A DNA stretch of 64,000 bases. Source: Balanoglossus misakiensis. Taxonomy: Eukaryota; Animalia; Hemichordata. A program made the position numbers and the translations under genes. Each line of letters opens with the position of its first letter. Within the stretch, counting starts at the first letter, position 1. The notes beneath the pieces were generated by a model, which was not told where the DNA came from, searched no databases, and saw only the letters and a list, made by a program, of their open reading frames with translations. The stretch spans positions 4,800,137-4,864,136 of the forward strand of contig CM082595.2 in NCBI GenBank assembly GCA_040954595.2. Reading direction: 5' to 3'. Positions 24,001 through 39,000 of the stretch are shown one piece after another.

Positions 24001-27000
24001 AGGTGGCTCTGTTGTTATTGGTGCAGTACTGGTTACACCTGTACTCGTACCAACAGTCGTGCTGCTTATAGAACCTGTCACTGTACCCAGCGTTGAACTG
24101 GCAACTTCACTTGTAGTCACGTGGGTTGGTGGAGCCGTAGTTGTTTCAGTGGTTATTGTGTCTGGGGTAGGTGGCTCTGTTGTTATTGGTGGAGTACTGG
24201 TTACACCTGTACTCGTACCAACAGTCGTGCTGCTTATAGAACCTGTCACTGTACCCAGCGTTGAACTGGCAACTTCACTTGTAGTCACGTGGGTTGGTGG
24301 AGCCGTAGTTGTTTCAGTGGTTATTGTACCTGGGGTAGGTGGTTCTGTTGTTAATGGTGCAGTACTGGTTACACCTGTACTCGTACCAACAGTCGTGCTG
24401 CTAGTAGAACCTGTCACTGTACCCAGCGTTGAACTGGCAACTTCACTTGTAGTCACGTGGGTTGTTGGAGCCGTAGTTGTTTCAGTGGTTATTGTGTCTG
24501 GGGTAGGTGGCTCTGTTGTTATTGTTGCAGTACTGGTTACACCTGTACTCGTACCAACAGTCGTGCTGCTTATAGAACCTGTCACTGTACCCAGCGTTGA
24601 ACTGGCAACTTCACTTGTAGTCACGTGGGTTGGTGGAGCCGTAGTTGTTTCAGTGGTTATTGTACCTGGGGTAGGTGGTTCTGTTGTTAATGGTGCAGTA
24701 CTGGTTACACCTGTACTCGTACCAACAGTCGTGCTGCTTATAGAACCTGTCACTGTACCCAGCGTTGAACTGGCAACTTCACTTGTAGTCACGTGGGTTG
24801 GTGGAGCCGTAGTTGTTTCAGTGGTTATTGTACCTGGGGTAGGTGGTTCTGTTGTTAATGGTGCAGTACTGGTTACACCTGTACTCGTACCAACAGTCGT
24901 GCTGCTTATAGAACCTGTCACTGTACCCAGCGTTGAACTGGCAACTTCACTTGTAGTCACGTGGGTTGGTGGAGCCGTAGTTGTTTCAGTGGTTATTGTA
25001 CCTGGGGTAGGTGGTTCTGTTGTTAATGGTGCAGTACTGGTTACACCTGTACTCGTACCAACAGTCGTGCTGCTTATAGAACCTGTCACTGTACCCAGCG
25101 TTGAACTGGCAACTTCACTTGTAGTCACGTGGGTTGGTGGAGCCGTAGTTGTTTCAGTGGTTATTGTACCTGGGGTAGGTGGTTCTGTTGTTAATGGTGC
25201 AGTACTGGTTACACCTGTACTCGTACCAACAGTCGTGCTGCTTATAGAACCTGTCACTGTACCCAGCGTTGAACTGGCAACTTCACTTGTAGTCACGTGG
25301 GTTGGTGGAGCCGTAGTTGTTTCAGTGGTTATTGTACCTGGGGTAGGTGGTTCTGTTGTTAATGGTGCAGTACTGGTTACACCTGTACTCGTACCAACAG
25401 TCGTGCTGCTTATAGAACCTGTCACTGTACCCAGCGTTGAACTGGCAACTTCACTTGTAGTCACGTGGGTTGGTGGAGCCGTAGTTGTTTCAGTGGTTAT
25501 TGTGTCTGGGGTAGGTGGCTCTGTTGTTATTGGTGCAGTACTGGTTACACCTGTACTCGTACCAACAGTCGTGCTGCTTATAGAACCTGTCACTGTACCC
25601 AGCGTTGAACTGGCAACTTCACTTGTAGTCACGTGGGTTGGTGGAGCCGTAGTTGTTTCAGTGGTTATTGTACCTGGGGTAGGTGGTTCTGTTGTTAATG
25701 GTGCAGTACTGGTTACACCTGTACTCGTACCAACAGTCGTGCTGCTTATAGAACCTGTCACTGTACCCAGCGTTGAACTGGCAACTTCACTTGTAGTCAC
25801 GTGGGTTGTTGGAGCCTTAGTTGTTTCAGTGGTTATTGTGTCTGGGGTAGGTGGCTCTGTTGTTATTGGTGCAGTACTGGTTACACCTGTACTCGTACCA
25901 ACAGTCGTGCTGCTTATAGAACCTGTCACTGTACCCAGCGTTGAACTGGCAACTTCACTTGTAGTCACGTGGGTTGGTGGAGCCGTAGTTGTTTCAGTGG
26001 TTAATGTGCCTGGGGTAGGTGGCTCTGTTGTTATTGGTGCAGTACTGGTTACACCTGTACTCGTACCAACAGTCGTGCTGCTTATAGAACCTGTCACTGT
26101 ACCCAGCGTTGAACTGGCAACTTCACTTGTAGTCACGTGGGTTGGTGGAGCCGTAGTTGTTTCAGTGGTTAATGTGCCTGGGGTAGGTGGCTCTGTTGTT
26201 ATTGGTGCAGTACTGGTTACACCTGTACTCGTACCAACAGTTGTGCTGCTTATAGAACCTGTCACTGTACCCAGCGTTGAACTGGCAACTTCACTTGTAG
26301 TCACGTGGGTTGGTGGAGCCGTAGTTGTTTCAGTGGTTAATGTGCCTGGGGTAGGTGGCTCTGTTGTTATTGGTGCAGTACTGGTTACACCTGTACTCGT
26401 ACCAACAGTCGTGCTGCTTATAGAACCTGTCACTGTACCCAGCGTTGAACTGGCAACTTCACTTGTAGTCACGTGGGTTGTTGGAGCCGTAGTTGTTTCA
26501 GTGGTTATTGTGTCTGGGGTAGGTGGCTCTGTTGTTATTGGTGCAGTACTGGTTGCACCTGTACTCGTACCAACAGTCGTGCTGCTTATAGAACCTGTCA
26601 CTGTACCCAGCGTTGAACTGGCAACTTCACTTGTAGTCACGTGGGTTGGTGGAGCCGTAGTTGTTTCAGTGGTTATTGTACCTGGGGTAGGTGGTTCTGT
26701 TGTTAATGGTGCAGTACTGGTTACACCTGTACTCGTACCAACAGTCGTGCTGCTAGTAGAACCTGTCCCTGTACCCAGCGTTGAACTGGCAACTTCATTT
26801 GTAGTCACGTGGGTTGTTGGAGCCGTAGTTGTTTCAGTGGTTATTGTGTCTGGGGTAGGTGGCTCTGTTGTTATTGGTGCAGTACTAGTTACACCTGTAC
26901 TCGTACCAACAGTCGTGCTGCTTATAGAACCTGTCACTGTACCCAGCGTTGAACTGGCAACTTCACTTGTAGTCACGTGGGTTGGTGGAGCCGTAGTTGT

Positions 27001-30000
27001 TTCAGTGGTTATTGTACCTGGGGTAGGTGGTTCTGTTGTTAATGGTGCAGTACTGGTTACACCTGTACTCGTACCAACAGTCGTGCTGCTTATAGAACCT
27101 GTCACTGTACCCAGCGTTGAACTGGCAACTTCACTTGTAGTCACGTGGGTTGGTGGAGCCGTAGTTGTTTCAGTGGTTATTGTACCTGGGGTAGGTGGTT
27201 CTGTTGTTAATGGTGCAGTACTGGTTACACCTGTACTCGTACCAACAGTCGTGCTGCTTATAGAACCTGTCACTGTACCCAGCGTTGAACTGGCAACTTC
27301 ACTTGTAGTCACGTGGGTTGGTGGAGCCGTAGTTGTTTCAGTGGTTATTGTACCTGGGGTAGGTGGTTCTGTTGTTAATGGTGCAGTACTGGTTACACCT
27401 GTACTCGTACCAACAGTCGTGCTGCTTATAGAACCTGTCACTGTACCCAGCGTTGAACTGGCAACTTCACTTGTAGTCACGTGGGTTGGTGGAGCCGTAG
27501 TTGTTTCAGTGGTTATTGTACCTGGGGTAGGTGGTTCTGTTGATAATGGTGCAGTACTGGTTACACCTGTACTCGTACCAACAGTCGTGCTGCTTATAGA
27601 ACCTGTCACTGTACCCAGCGTTGAACTGGCAACTTCACTTGTAGTCACGTGGGTTGGTGGAGCCGTAGTTGTTTCAGTGGTTATTGTACCTGGGGTAGGT
27701 GGTTCTGTTGTTAATGGTGCAGTACTGGTTACACCTGTACTCGTACCAACAGTCGTGCTGCTTATAGAACCTGTCACTGTACCCAGCGTTGAACTGGCAA
27801 CTTCACTTGTAGTCACGTGGGTTGGTGGAGCCGTAGTTGTTTCAGTGGTTATTGTGTCTGGGGTAGGTGGCTCTGTTGTTATTGGTGCAGTACTGGTTAC
27901 ACCTGTACTCGTACCAACAGTCGTGCTGCTTATAGAACCTGTCACTGTACCCAGCGTTGAACTGGCAACTTCACTTGTAGTCACGTGGGTTGGTGGAGCC
28001 GTAGTTGTTTCAGTGGTTATTGTACCTGGGGTAGGTGGTTCTGTTGTTAATGGTGCAGTACTGGTTACACCTGTACTCGTACCAACAGTCGTGCTGCTTA
28101 TAGAACCTGTCACTGTACCCAGCGTTGAACTGGCAACTTCACTTGTAGTCACGTGGGTTGTTGGAGCCTTAGTTGTTTCAGTGGTTATTGTGTCTGGGGT
28201 AGGTGGCTCTGTTGTTATTGGTGCAGTACTGGTTACACCTGTACTCGTACCAACAGTCGTGCTGCTTATAGAACCTGTCACTGTACCCAGCGTTGAACTG
28301 GCAACTTCACTTGTAGTCACGTGGGTTGGTGGAGCCGTAGTTGTTTCAGTGGTTATTGTACCTGGGGTAGGTGTTTCTGTTGTTAATGGTGCAGTACTGG
28401 TTACACCTGTACTCGTACCAACAGTCGTGCTGCTTATAGAACCTGTCACTGTACCCAGCGTTGAACTGGCAACTTCACTTGTAGTCACGTGGGTTGTTGG
28501 AGCCGTAGTTGTTTCAGTGGTTATTGTGTCTGGGGTAGGTGGCTCTGTTGTTATTGGTGCAGTACTGGTTACACCTGTACTCGTACCAACAGTCGTGCTG
28601 CTTATAGAACCTGTCACTGTACCCAGCGTTGAACTGGCAACTTCACTTGTAGTCACGTGGGTTTGTGGAGCCGTAGTTGTTTCAGTGGTTATTGTGTCTG
28701 GGGTAGGTGGCTCTGTTGTTATTGTTGCAGTACTGGTTACACCTGTAGTCGTACCAACAGTCGTGCTGCTTATAGAACCTGTCACTGTACCCAGCGTTGA
28801 ACTGGCAACTTCACTTGTAATCAAGTGGGTTGGTGGAGCCGTAGTTGTTTCAGTGGTTATTGTACCTGGGGTAGGTGGTTCTGTTGTTAATGGTGCAGTA
28901 CTGGTTACACCTGTACTCGTACCAACAGTCGTGCTGCTTATAGAACCTGTCACTGTACCCAGCGTTGAACTGGCAACTTCACTTGTAGTCACGTGGGTTG
29001 GTGGAGCCGTAGTTGTTTCAGTGGTTATTGTACCTGGGGTAGGTGTTTCTGTTGTTAATGGTGCAGTACTGGTTACACCTGTACTCGTACCAACAGTCGT
29101 GCTGCTTATAGAACCTGTCACTGTACCCAGCGTTGAACTGGCAACTTCACTTGTAGTCACGTGGGTTGTTGGAGCCGTAGTTGTTTCAGTGGTTATTGTG
29201 TCTGGGGTAGGTGGCTCTGTTGTTATTGGTGCAGTACTGGTTACACCTGTACTCGTACCAACAGTCGTGCTGCTTATAGAACCTGTCACTGTACCCAGCG
29301 TTGAACTGGCAACTTCACTTGTAGTCACGTGGGTTTGTGGAGCCGTAGTTGTTTCAGTGGTTATTGTGTCTGGGGTAGGTGGCTCTGTTGTTATTGTTGC
29401 AGTACTGGTTACACCTGTAGTCGTACCAACAGTCGTGCTGCTTATAGAACCTGTCACTGTACCCAGCGTTGAACTGGCAACTTCACTTGTAATCAAGTGG
29501 GTTGGTGGAGCCGTAGTTGTTTCAGTGGTTATTGTACCTGGGGTAGGTGGTTCTGTTGTTAATGGTGCAGTACTGGTTACACCTGTACTCGTACCAACAG
29601 TCGTGCTGCTTATAGAACCTGTCACTGTACCCAGCGTTGAACTGGCAACTTCACTTGTAGTCACGTGGGTTGTTGGAGCCGTAGTTGTTTCAGTGGTTAT
29701 TGTGCCTGGGGTAGGTGGCTCTGTTGTTATTGTTGCAGTACTGGTTACACCTGTACTCGTACCAACAGTCGTGCTGCTTATAGAACCTGTCACTGTACCC
29801 AGCGTTGAACTGGCAACTTCACTTGTAGTCACGTGGGTTGTTGGAGCCGTAGTTGTTTCAGTGGTTATTGTGCCTGGGGTAGGTGGCTCTGTTGTTATTG
29901 TTGCAGTACTGGTTACACCTGTACTCGTACCAACAGTCGTGCTGCTTATAGAACCTGTCACTGTACCCAGCGTTGAACTGGCAACTTCACTTGTAGTCAC

Positions 30001-33000
30001 GTGGGTTGTTGGAGCCGTAGTTGTTTCAGTGGTTATTGTGCCTGGGGTAGGTGGCTCTGTTGTTATTGGAGCAGTACTGGTTACACCTGTACTCGTACCA
30101 ACAGTCGTGCTGCTTATAGAACCTGTCACTGTACCCAGCGTTGAACTGGCAACTTCACTTGTAGTCACGTGGGTTGTTGGAGCCGTAGTTGTTTCAGTGG
30201 TTATTGTGTCTGGGGTAGGTGGCTCTGTTGTTATTGGTGCAGTACTGGTTACACCTGTACTCGTACCAACAGTCGTGATGCTTATAGAACCTGTCACTGT
30301 ACCCAGCGTTGAACTGGCAACTTCACTTGTAGTCACGTGGGTTGGTGGAGCCGTAGTTGTTTCAGTGGTTATTGTGTCTGGGGTAGGTGGCTCTGTTGTT
30401 ATTGGTGCAGTACTGGTTATACCTGTACTCGTACCAACAGTCGTGCTGCTTATAGAACCTGTAACTGTACCCAGCGTTGAACTGGCAACTTCACTTGTAG
30501 TCACGTGGGTTGTTGGAACCGTAGTTGTTTCAGTGGATATTGTGCCTGGGGTAGGTGACTCTGTTGTTATTGGTGCAGTACTGGTTACACCTGTACTCGT
30601 ACCAACAGTCGTACTGCTTACAGAACCTGTCACTGTACCCAGCGTTGAACTGGCAACTTCACTTGTAGTCACGTGGGTTGGTGGAGCTGTAGTTGTTTCA
30701 GTGGTTATTGTGCCTGGGGTAGGTGGCTCTGTTGTTATTGGTGCAGTACTGGTTACACCTGTACTCGTACCAACAGTTGTGCTGCTTATAGAACCTGTCA
30801 CTGTACCCAGCGTTGAACTGGCAACTTCACTTGTAGTCATGTGGGTTGTTGGAGCCGTAGTTGTTTCAGTCGTTATTGTGCCTGGGGTAGGTGGCTCTGT
30901 TGTTATTGGTGCAGTACTGGTTACACCTGTACTCGTACCAACAGTCGTGCTGCTTATAGAACCTGTCACTGTACCCAGCGTTGAACTAGAAACTTCACTT
31001 GTAGTCAAGTGGGTTGGTGGAGCCGTAGTTGTTTCAGTGGTTATTGTGTCTGGGGTAGGTGGCTCTGTTGTTATTGGTGCAGTACTGGTTACACCTGTAC
31101 TCGTACCAACAGTCGTGCTGCTTATAGAACCTGTCACTGTACCCAGCGTTGAACTGGCAACTTCACTTGTAGTCATGTGGGTTGTTGGAGCCGTAGTTGT
31201 TTCAGTCGTTATTGTGCCTGGGGTAGGTGGCTCTGTTGTTATTGGTGCAGTACTGGTTACACCTGTACTCGTACCGACAGTCGTGCTGCTTATAGAACCT
31301 GTCACTGTACCCAGCGTTGAACTGGCAACTTCACTTGTAGTCACGTGGGTTGGTGGAGCCGTAGTTGTTTCAGTCGTTATTGTACCTGGGGTAGGTGGTT
31401 CTGTTGTTAATGGTGCAGTACTGGTTACACCTGTACTCGTACCAACAGTCGTGCTGCTTATAGAACCTGTCACTGTACCCAGCGTTGAACTAGAAACTTC
31501 ACTTGTAGTCAAGTGGGTTGGTGGAGCCGTAGTTGTTTCAGTGGTTATTGTGTCTGGGGTAGGTGGCTCTGTTGTTATTGGTGCAGTACTGGTTACACCT
31601 GTACTCGTACCAACAGTCGTGCTGCTTATAGAACCTGTCACTGTACCCAGCGTTGAACTGGCAACTTCACTTGTAGTCATGTGGGTTGTTGGAGCCGTAG
31701 TTGTTTCAGTCGTTATTGTGCCTGGGGTAGGTGGCTCTGTTGTTATTGGTGCAGTACTGGTTACACCTGTACTCGTACCGACAGTCGTGCTGCTTATAGA
31801 ACCTGTCACTGTACCCAGCGTTGAACTGGCAACTTCACTTGTAGTCACGTGGGTTGGTGGAGCCGTAGTTGTTTCAGTGGTTATTGTACCTGGGGTAGGT
31901 GTTTCTGTTGTTAATGGTGCAGTACTGGTTACACCTGTACTCGTACCAACAGTCGTGCTGCTTATAGAACCTGTCACTGTACCCAGCGTTGAACTGGCAA
32001 CTTCACTTGTAGTCACGTGGGTTGTTGGAGCTGTAGTTGTTTCAGTGGTTATTGTGTCTGGGGTAGGTGGCTCTGTTGTTATTGGTGCAGTACTGGTTAC
32101 ACCTGTACTCGTACCAACAGTCGTGCTGCTTATAGAACCTGTCACTGTACCCAGCGTTGAACTGGCAACTTCACTTGTAGTCACGTGGGTTTGTGGAGCC
32201 GTAGTTGTTTCAGTGGTTATTGTGTCTGGGGTAGGTGGCTCTGTTGTTATTGTTGCAGTACTGGTTACACCTGTAGTCGTACCAACAGTCGTGCTGCTTA
32301 TAGAACCTGTCACTGTACCCAGCGTTGAACTGGCAACTTCACTTGTAATCAAGTGGGTTGGTGGAGCCGTAGTTGTTTCAGTGGTTATTGTACCTGGGGT
32401 AGGTGGTTCTGTTGTTAATGGTGCAGTACTGGTTACACCTGTACTCGTACCAACAGTCGTGCTGCTTATAGAACCTGTCACTGTACCCAGCGTTGAACTG
32501 GCAACTTCACTTGTAGTCACGTGGGTTGTTGGAGCCGTAGTTGTTTCAGTGGTTATTGTGCCTGGGGTAGGTGGCTCTGTTGTTATTGTTGCAGTACTGG
32601 TTACACCTGTACTCGTACCAACAGTCGTGCTGCTTATAGAACCTGTCACTGTACCCAGCGTTGAACTGGCAACTTCACTTGTAGTCACGTGGGTTGTTGG
32701 AGCCGTAGTTGTTTCAGTGGTTATTGTGCCTTGGGTAGGTGGCTCTGTTGTTATTGTTGCAGTACTGGTTACACCTGTACTCGTACCAACAGTCGTGCTG
32801 CTTATAGAACCTGTCACTGTACCCAGCGTTGAACTGGCAACTTCACTTGTAGTCACGTGGGTTGTTGGAGCCGTAGTTGTTTCAGTGGTTATTGTGCCTG
32901 GGGTAGGTGGCTCTGTTGTTATTGGAGCAGTACTGGTTACACCTGTACTCGTACCAACAGTCGTGCTGCTTATAGAACCTGTCACTGTACCCAGCGTTGA

Positions 33001-36000
33001 ACTGGCAACTTCACTTGTAGTCACGTGGGTTGTTGGAGCCGTAGTTGTTTCAGTGGTTATTGTGCCTGGGGTAGGTGGCTCTGTTGTTATTGTTGCAGTA
33101 CTGGTTACACCTGTACTCGTACCAACAGTCGTGCTGCTTATAGAACCTGTCACTGTACCCAGCGTTGAACTGGCAACTTCACTTGTAGTCACGTGGGTTG
33201 TTGGAGCCGTAGTTGTTTCAGTGGTTATTTTGCCTGGGGTAGGTGGCTCTGTTGTTATTGGAGCAGTACTGGTTACACCTGTACTCGTACCAACACTCGT
33301 GCTGCTTATAGAACCTGTCACTGTACCCAGCGTTGAACTGGCAACTTCACTTGTAGTCACGTGGGTTGGTGGAGCCGTAGTTGTTTCAGTGGTTATTGTG
33401 TCTGGGGTAGGTGGCTCTGTTGTTATTGGTGCAGTACTGGTTACACCTGTACTCGTACCAACACTCGTGCTGCTTATAGAACCTGTCACTGTACCCAGCG
33501 TTGAACTGGCAACTTCACTTGTAGTCACGTGGGTTGGTGGAGCCGTAGTTGTTTCAGTGGTTATTGTGTCTGGGGTAGGTGGCTCTGTTGTTATTGGTGC
33601 AGTACTGGTTATACCTGTACTCGTACCAACAGTCGTGCTGCTTATAGAACCTGTAACTGTACCCAGCGTTGAACTGGCAACTTCACTTGTAGTCACGTGG
33701 GTTGTTGGAACCGTAGTTGTTTCAGTGGATATTGTGCCTGGGGTAGGTGACTCTGTTGTTATTGGTGCAGTACTGGTTACACCTGTACTCGTACCAACAG
33801 TCGTACTGCTTACAGAACCTGTCACTGTACCCAGCGTTGAACTGGCAACTTCACTTGTAGTCACGTGGGTTGTTGGAGCCGTAGTTGTTTCAGTGGTTAT
33901 TGTGCCTGGGGTAGGTGGCTCTGTTGTTATTGGTGCAGTACTGGTTACACCTGTACTCATACCAACAGTTGTGCTGCTTATAGAACCTGTCACTGTACCC
34001 AGCGTTGAACTGGCAACTTCACTTGTAGTCATGTGGGTTGTTGGAGCCGTAGTTGTTTCAGTCGTTATTGTGCCTGGGGTAGGTGGCTCTGTTGTTATTG
34101 GTGCAGTACTGGTTACACCTGTACTCGTACCAACAGTCGTGCTGCTTATAGAACCTGTCACTGTACCCAGCGTTGAACTAGAAACTTCACTTGTAGTCAA
34201 GTGGGTTGGTGGAGCCGTAGTTGTTTCAGTGGTTATTGTGTCTGGGGTAGGTGGCTCTGTTGTTATTGGTGCAGTACTGGTTACACCTGTACTCGTACCA
34301 ACAGTCGTGCTGCTTATAGAACCTGTCACTGTACCCAGCGTTGAACTGGCAACTTCACTTGTAGTCACGTGGGTTGTTGGAGCCGTAGTTGTTTCAGTGG
34401 TTATTGTGCCTGGGGTAGGTGGCTCTGTTGTTATTGGAGCAGTACTGGTTACACCTGTACTCGTACCAACAGTCGTGCTGCTTATAGAACCTGTCACTGT
34501 ACCCAGCGTTGAACTGGCAACTTCACTTGTAGTCACGTGGGTTGTTGGAGCCGTAGTTGTTTCAGTGGTTATTGTGTCTGGGGTAGGTGGCTCTGTTGTT
34601 ATTGGTGCAGTACTGGTTACACCTGTACTCGTACCAACACTCGTGCTGCTTATAGAACCTGTCACTGTACCCAGCGTTGAACTGGCAACTTCACTTGTAG
34701 TCACGTGGGTTGCTGGAGCCGTAGTTGTTTCAGTGGTTATTGTGACTGGGGTAGGTGGCTCTGTTGTTATTGGTGCAGTACTGGTTATACCTGTACTCGT
34801 ACCAACAGTCGTGCTGCTTATAGAACCTGTAACTGTACCCAGCGTTGAACTGGCAACTTCACTTGTAGTCACGTGGGTTGTTGGAACCGTAGTTGTTTCA
34901 GTGGATATTGTGCCTGGGGTAGGTGACTCTGTTGTTATTGGTGCAGTACTGGTTACACCTGTACTCGTACCAACAGTCGTACTGCTTACAGAACCTGTCA
35001 CTGTACCCAGCGTTGAACTGGCAACTTCACTTGTAGTCACGTGGGTTGGTGGAGCTGTAGTTGTTTCAGTGGTTATTGTGCCTGGGGTAGGTGGCTCTGT
35101 TGTTATTGGTGCAGTACTGGTTACACCTGTACTCGTACCAACAGTTGTGCTGCTTATAGAACCTGTCACTGTACCCAGCGTTGAACTGGCAACTTCACTT
35201 GTAGTCATGTGGGTTGTTGGAGCCGTGGTTGTTTCAGTCGTTATTGTGCCTGGGGTAGGTGGCTCTGTTGTTATTGGTGCAGTACTGGTTACACCTGTAC
35301 TCGTACCAACAGTCGTGCTGCTTATAGAACCTGTCACTGTACCCAGCGTTGAACTAGAAACTTCACTTGTAGTCAAGTGGGTTGGTGGAGCCGTAGTTGT
35401 TTCAGTGGTTATTGTGTCTGGGGTAGGTGGCTCTGTTGTTATTGGTGCAGTACTGGTTACACCTGTACTCGTACGAACAGTCGTGCTGCTTATAGAACCT
35501 GTCACTGTACCCAGCGTTGAACTGGCAACTTCACTTGTAGTCATGTGGGTTGTTGGAGCCGTAGTTGTTTCAGTCGTTATTGTGCCTGGGGTAGGTGGCT
35601 CTGTTGTTATTGGTGCAGTACTGGTTACACCTGTACTCGTACCGACAGTCGTGCTGCTTATAGAACCTGTCACTGTACCCAGCGTTGAACTGGCAACTTC
35701 ACTTGTAGTCACGTGGGTTGGTGGAGCCGTAGTTGTTTCAGTGGTTATTGTGTCTGGGGTAGGTGGCTCTGTTGTTATTGGTGCAGTACTGGTTACACCT
35801 GTACTCGTACCAACAGTCGTGCTGCTTATAGAACCTGTCACTGTACCCAGCGTTGAAATGGCAACTTCACTTGTAGTCACGTGGGTTGGTGGAGCCGTAG
35901 TTGTTTCAGTGGTTAATGTGCCTGGGGTAGGGGGCTCTGTTGTTATTGGTGCAGTACTGGTTACACCTGTACTCGTACCAACAGTTGTGCTGCTTATAGA

Positions 36001-39000
36001 ACCTGTCACTGTACCCAGCGTTGAACTGGCAACTTCACTTGTAGTCATGTGGGTTGTTGGAGCCGTAGTTGTTTCAGTCGTTATTGTGCCTGGGGTAGGT
36101 GGCTCTGTTGTTATTGGTGCAGTACTGGTTACACCTGTACTCGTACCAACAGTCGTGCTGCTTATAGAACCTGTCACTGTACCCAGCGTTGAACTGGCAA
36201 CTTCACTTGTAGTCACGTGGGTTGGTGGAGCCGTAGTTGTTTCAGTGGTTATTGTGTCTGGGGTAGGTGGTTCTGTTGTTAATGGTGCAGTACTGGTTAC
36301 ACCTGTACTCATACCAACACTCGTGCTGCTTATAGAACCTGTCACTGTACCCAGCGTTGAACTGGCAACTTCACTTGTAGTCACGTGGGTTGGTGGAGCC
36401 GTAGTTGTTTCAGTGGTTATTGTACCTGGGGTAGGTGGCTCTGTTGTTATTGGTGCAGTACTGGTTACACCTGTAATCATACCAACAGTTGTGCTGCTTA
36501 TAGAACCTGTCACTGTACCCAGCGTTGAACTGGCAACTTCACTAGTAGTGACTTGTGTTGTTGAAGCCGTAGTTGTTTCAGCGACTGTTGTTGTGGCTCC
36601 AGTAGAAAACACTGTAGTGGCTGGGACAGTAGTCGTTGCAACTACAGTTGTGTCTTGGGTTGATGGAGCATCAGTGGTTTCAAAGACTGTTGTTGTGGCT
36701 CCAGTAGAAAATCCTGTAGTGGCTGGGACAGTAGTCGTTGCACCTACAGTTGTGCCTTGGGTTGATGGGGCATCAGTGGTTTCGGCGACTGTTGTTGTGG
36801 CTGCAGTAGAAAACCCTGTAGTGGCTGGGACAGTAGTCGTTCTACCTACAGTTGTGTCTTGGGTTGATGGAACATCAGTGGTTTCAGCGACTGTTGTTGT
36901 GACTCCAGTAGAAAACCCTGTAGTTGCTGGGACAGTAGTCGTTTCATCTATAGTTGTGTCTGCTACTGCACTTGATACAAAATCTGTTGTTGGTTCCACG
37001 GTTGTACTTGCCACTTGACTGGTAGTGACTTGGGTTGATGGAGCATCAGTGGTTTCAGCGACTGTTGTTGTGGCTCCAGTAGAAAATCGTGTAGTGGCTG
37101 GGACAGTAGTCGTTTCACCTACAGTTGTGTCTTGGGTTGATGGAGCATCAGTGGTCTCAGCGACTGTTGTTGTGGCTGCAGTAGAAAATCCTGTAGTGGC
37201 TGGGACAGTAGTCGTTGCACCTACAGTTGTGTCTTGGGTTGATGGAGCATCAGTGGTCTCAGCGACTGTTGTTGTGGCTGCAGTAGAAAATCCTGTAGTG
37301 GCTGGGACAGTAGTCGTTGCACCTACAGTTGTGTCTTGGGTTGATGGAACATCAGTGGTTTCAGCGACTGTTGTTGTGGCTCCAGTAGAAAATCGTTTAG
37401 TGGCTGGGACAGTAGTCGTTGCACCTACAGTTGTGTCTTGGGTTGATGGAGCATCAGTGGTCTCAGCGACTGTTGTTGTGGCTGCAGTAGAAAATCCTGT
37501 AGTGGCTGGGACAGTAGTCGTTGCACCTACAGTTGTGTCTTGGGTTGATGGAACATCAGTGGTTTCAGCGACTGTTGTTGTGGCTCCAGTAGAAAACCCT
37601 GTAGTGGCTGGGACAGTAGTTGTTTCAAATACAGTTGTGTCTTGGGTTGATGGAACATCAGTGGTTTCAGCGACTGTTGTTGTGGCTCCAGTAGAAAATC
37701 CTGTAGTGGCTGGGACAGTAGTCGTTTCACCTACAGTTGTGTCTTGTGTTGATGGAACATCAGTGGTTTCAGCGACTGTTGTTGTGGCCCCAGTAGAAAA
37801 CCCTGTAGTGGCTGGGACAGTAGTCGTTTCACCTACAGTTGTGACTTGGGTTGATGGAGCATCAGTGGTTTCAGCGACTGTTGTTGTGGCTGCAGTAGAA
37901 AACCCTGTTGTGGCTGGGACAGTAGTCGTTTGATCTACAGTTGTGTCTTGTGTTGATGGACCATCAGTGGTTTCAGCGACTGTTGTTGTGGCTCCAGTAG
38001 AAAATCCTGTAGTGGCTGGGACAGTAGTCGTTTCACCTACAGTTGTGTCTTGCGTTGATGGAACATCAGTGGTTTCAGCGACTGTTGTTGTGGCTCCAGT
38101 AGAAAACCCTGTAGTGGCTGGGACAGTAGTCGTTGCACCTACAGTTGTGTCTTGGGTTGATGGAACATCAGTGGTCTCAGCGACTGTTGTTGTGGCTGCG
38201 GTAGAAAACCCTGTAGTGGCTGGGACAGTAGTCGTTTCACCTACAGTTGTGTCTTGGGTTGATGGAGCATCAGTGGTCTCAGCGACTGTTGTTGTGGCTG
38301 CGGTAGAAAACCCTGTAGTGGCTGGGACAGTAGTCGTTTCACCTACAGTTGAGTCTGCTACTGTGCTTGATACAAAATTTGTTGTTGGTTCCACGGTTGT
38401 ACTTGCCACTTGACTGGTAATGACTTGGGTTGATGGAACATCAGTGGTTTCAACGACTGTTGTTGTGGCTCCAGTAGAAAATCCTGTAGTGGCTGGGACA
38501 GTAGTCGTTGCACCTACAGTTGTGTCTTGGGTTGATGGAACATCAGTGGTTTCAGCGACTGTTGTTGTGGCTCCAGTAGAAAATCGTTTAGTGGCTGGGA
38601 CAGTAGTCGTTGCACCTACAGTTGTGTCTTGGGTTGATGGAGCATCAGTGGTCTCAGCGACTGTTGTTGTGGCTGCAGTAGAAAATCCTGTAGTGGCTGG
38701 GACAGTAGTCGTTGCACCTACAGTTGTGTCTTGGGTTGATGGAACATCAGTGGTTTCAGCGACTGTTGTTGTGGCTCCAGTAGAAAACCCTGTAGTGGCT
38801 GGGACAGTAGTTGTTTCAAATACAGTTGTGTCTTGGGTTGATGGAACATCAGTGGTTTCAGCGACTGTTGTTGTGGCTCCAGTAGAAAATCCTGTAGTGG
38901 CTGGGACAGTAGTCGTTTCACCTACAGTTGTGTCTTGTGTTGATGGAACATCAGTGGTTTCAGCGACTGTTGTTGTGGCCCCAGTAGAAAACCCTGTAGT

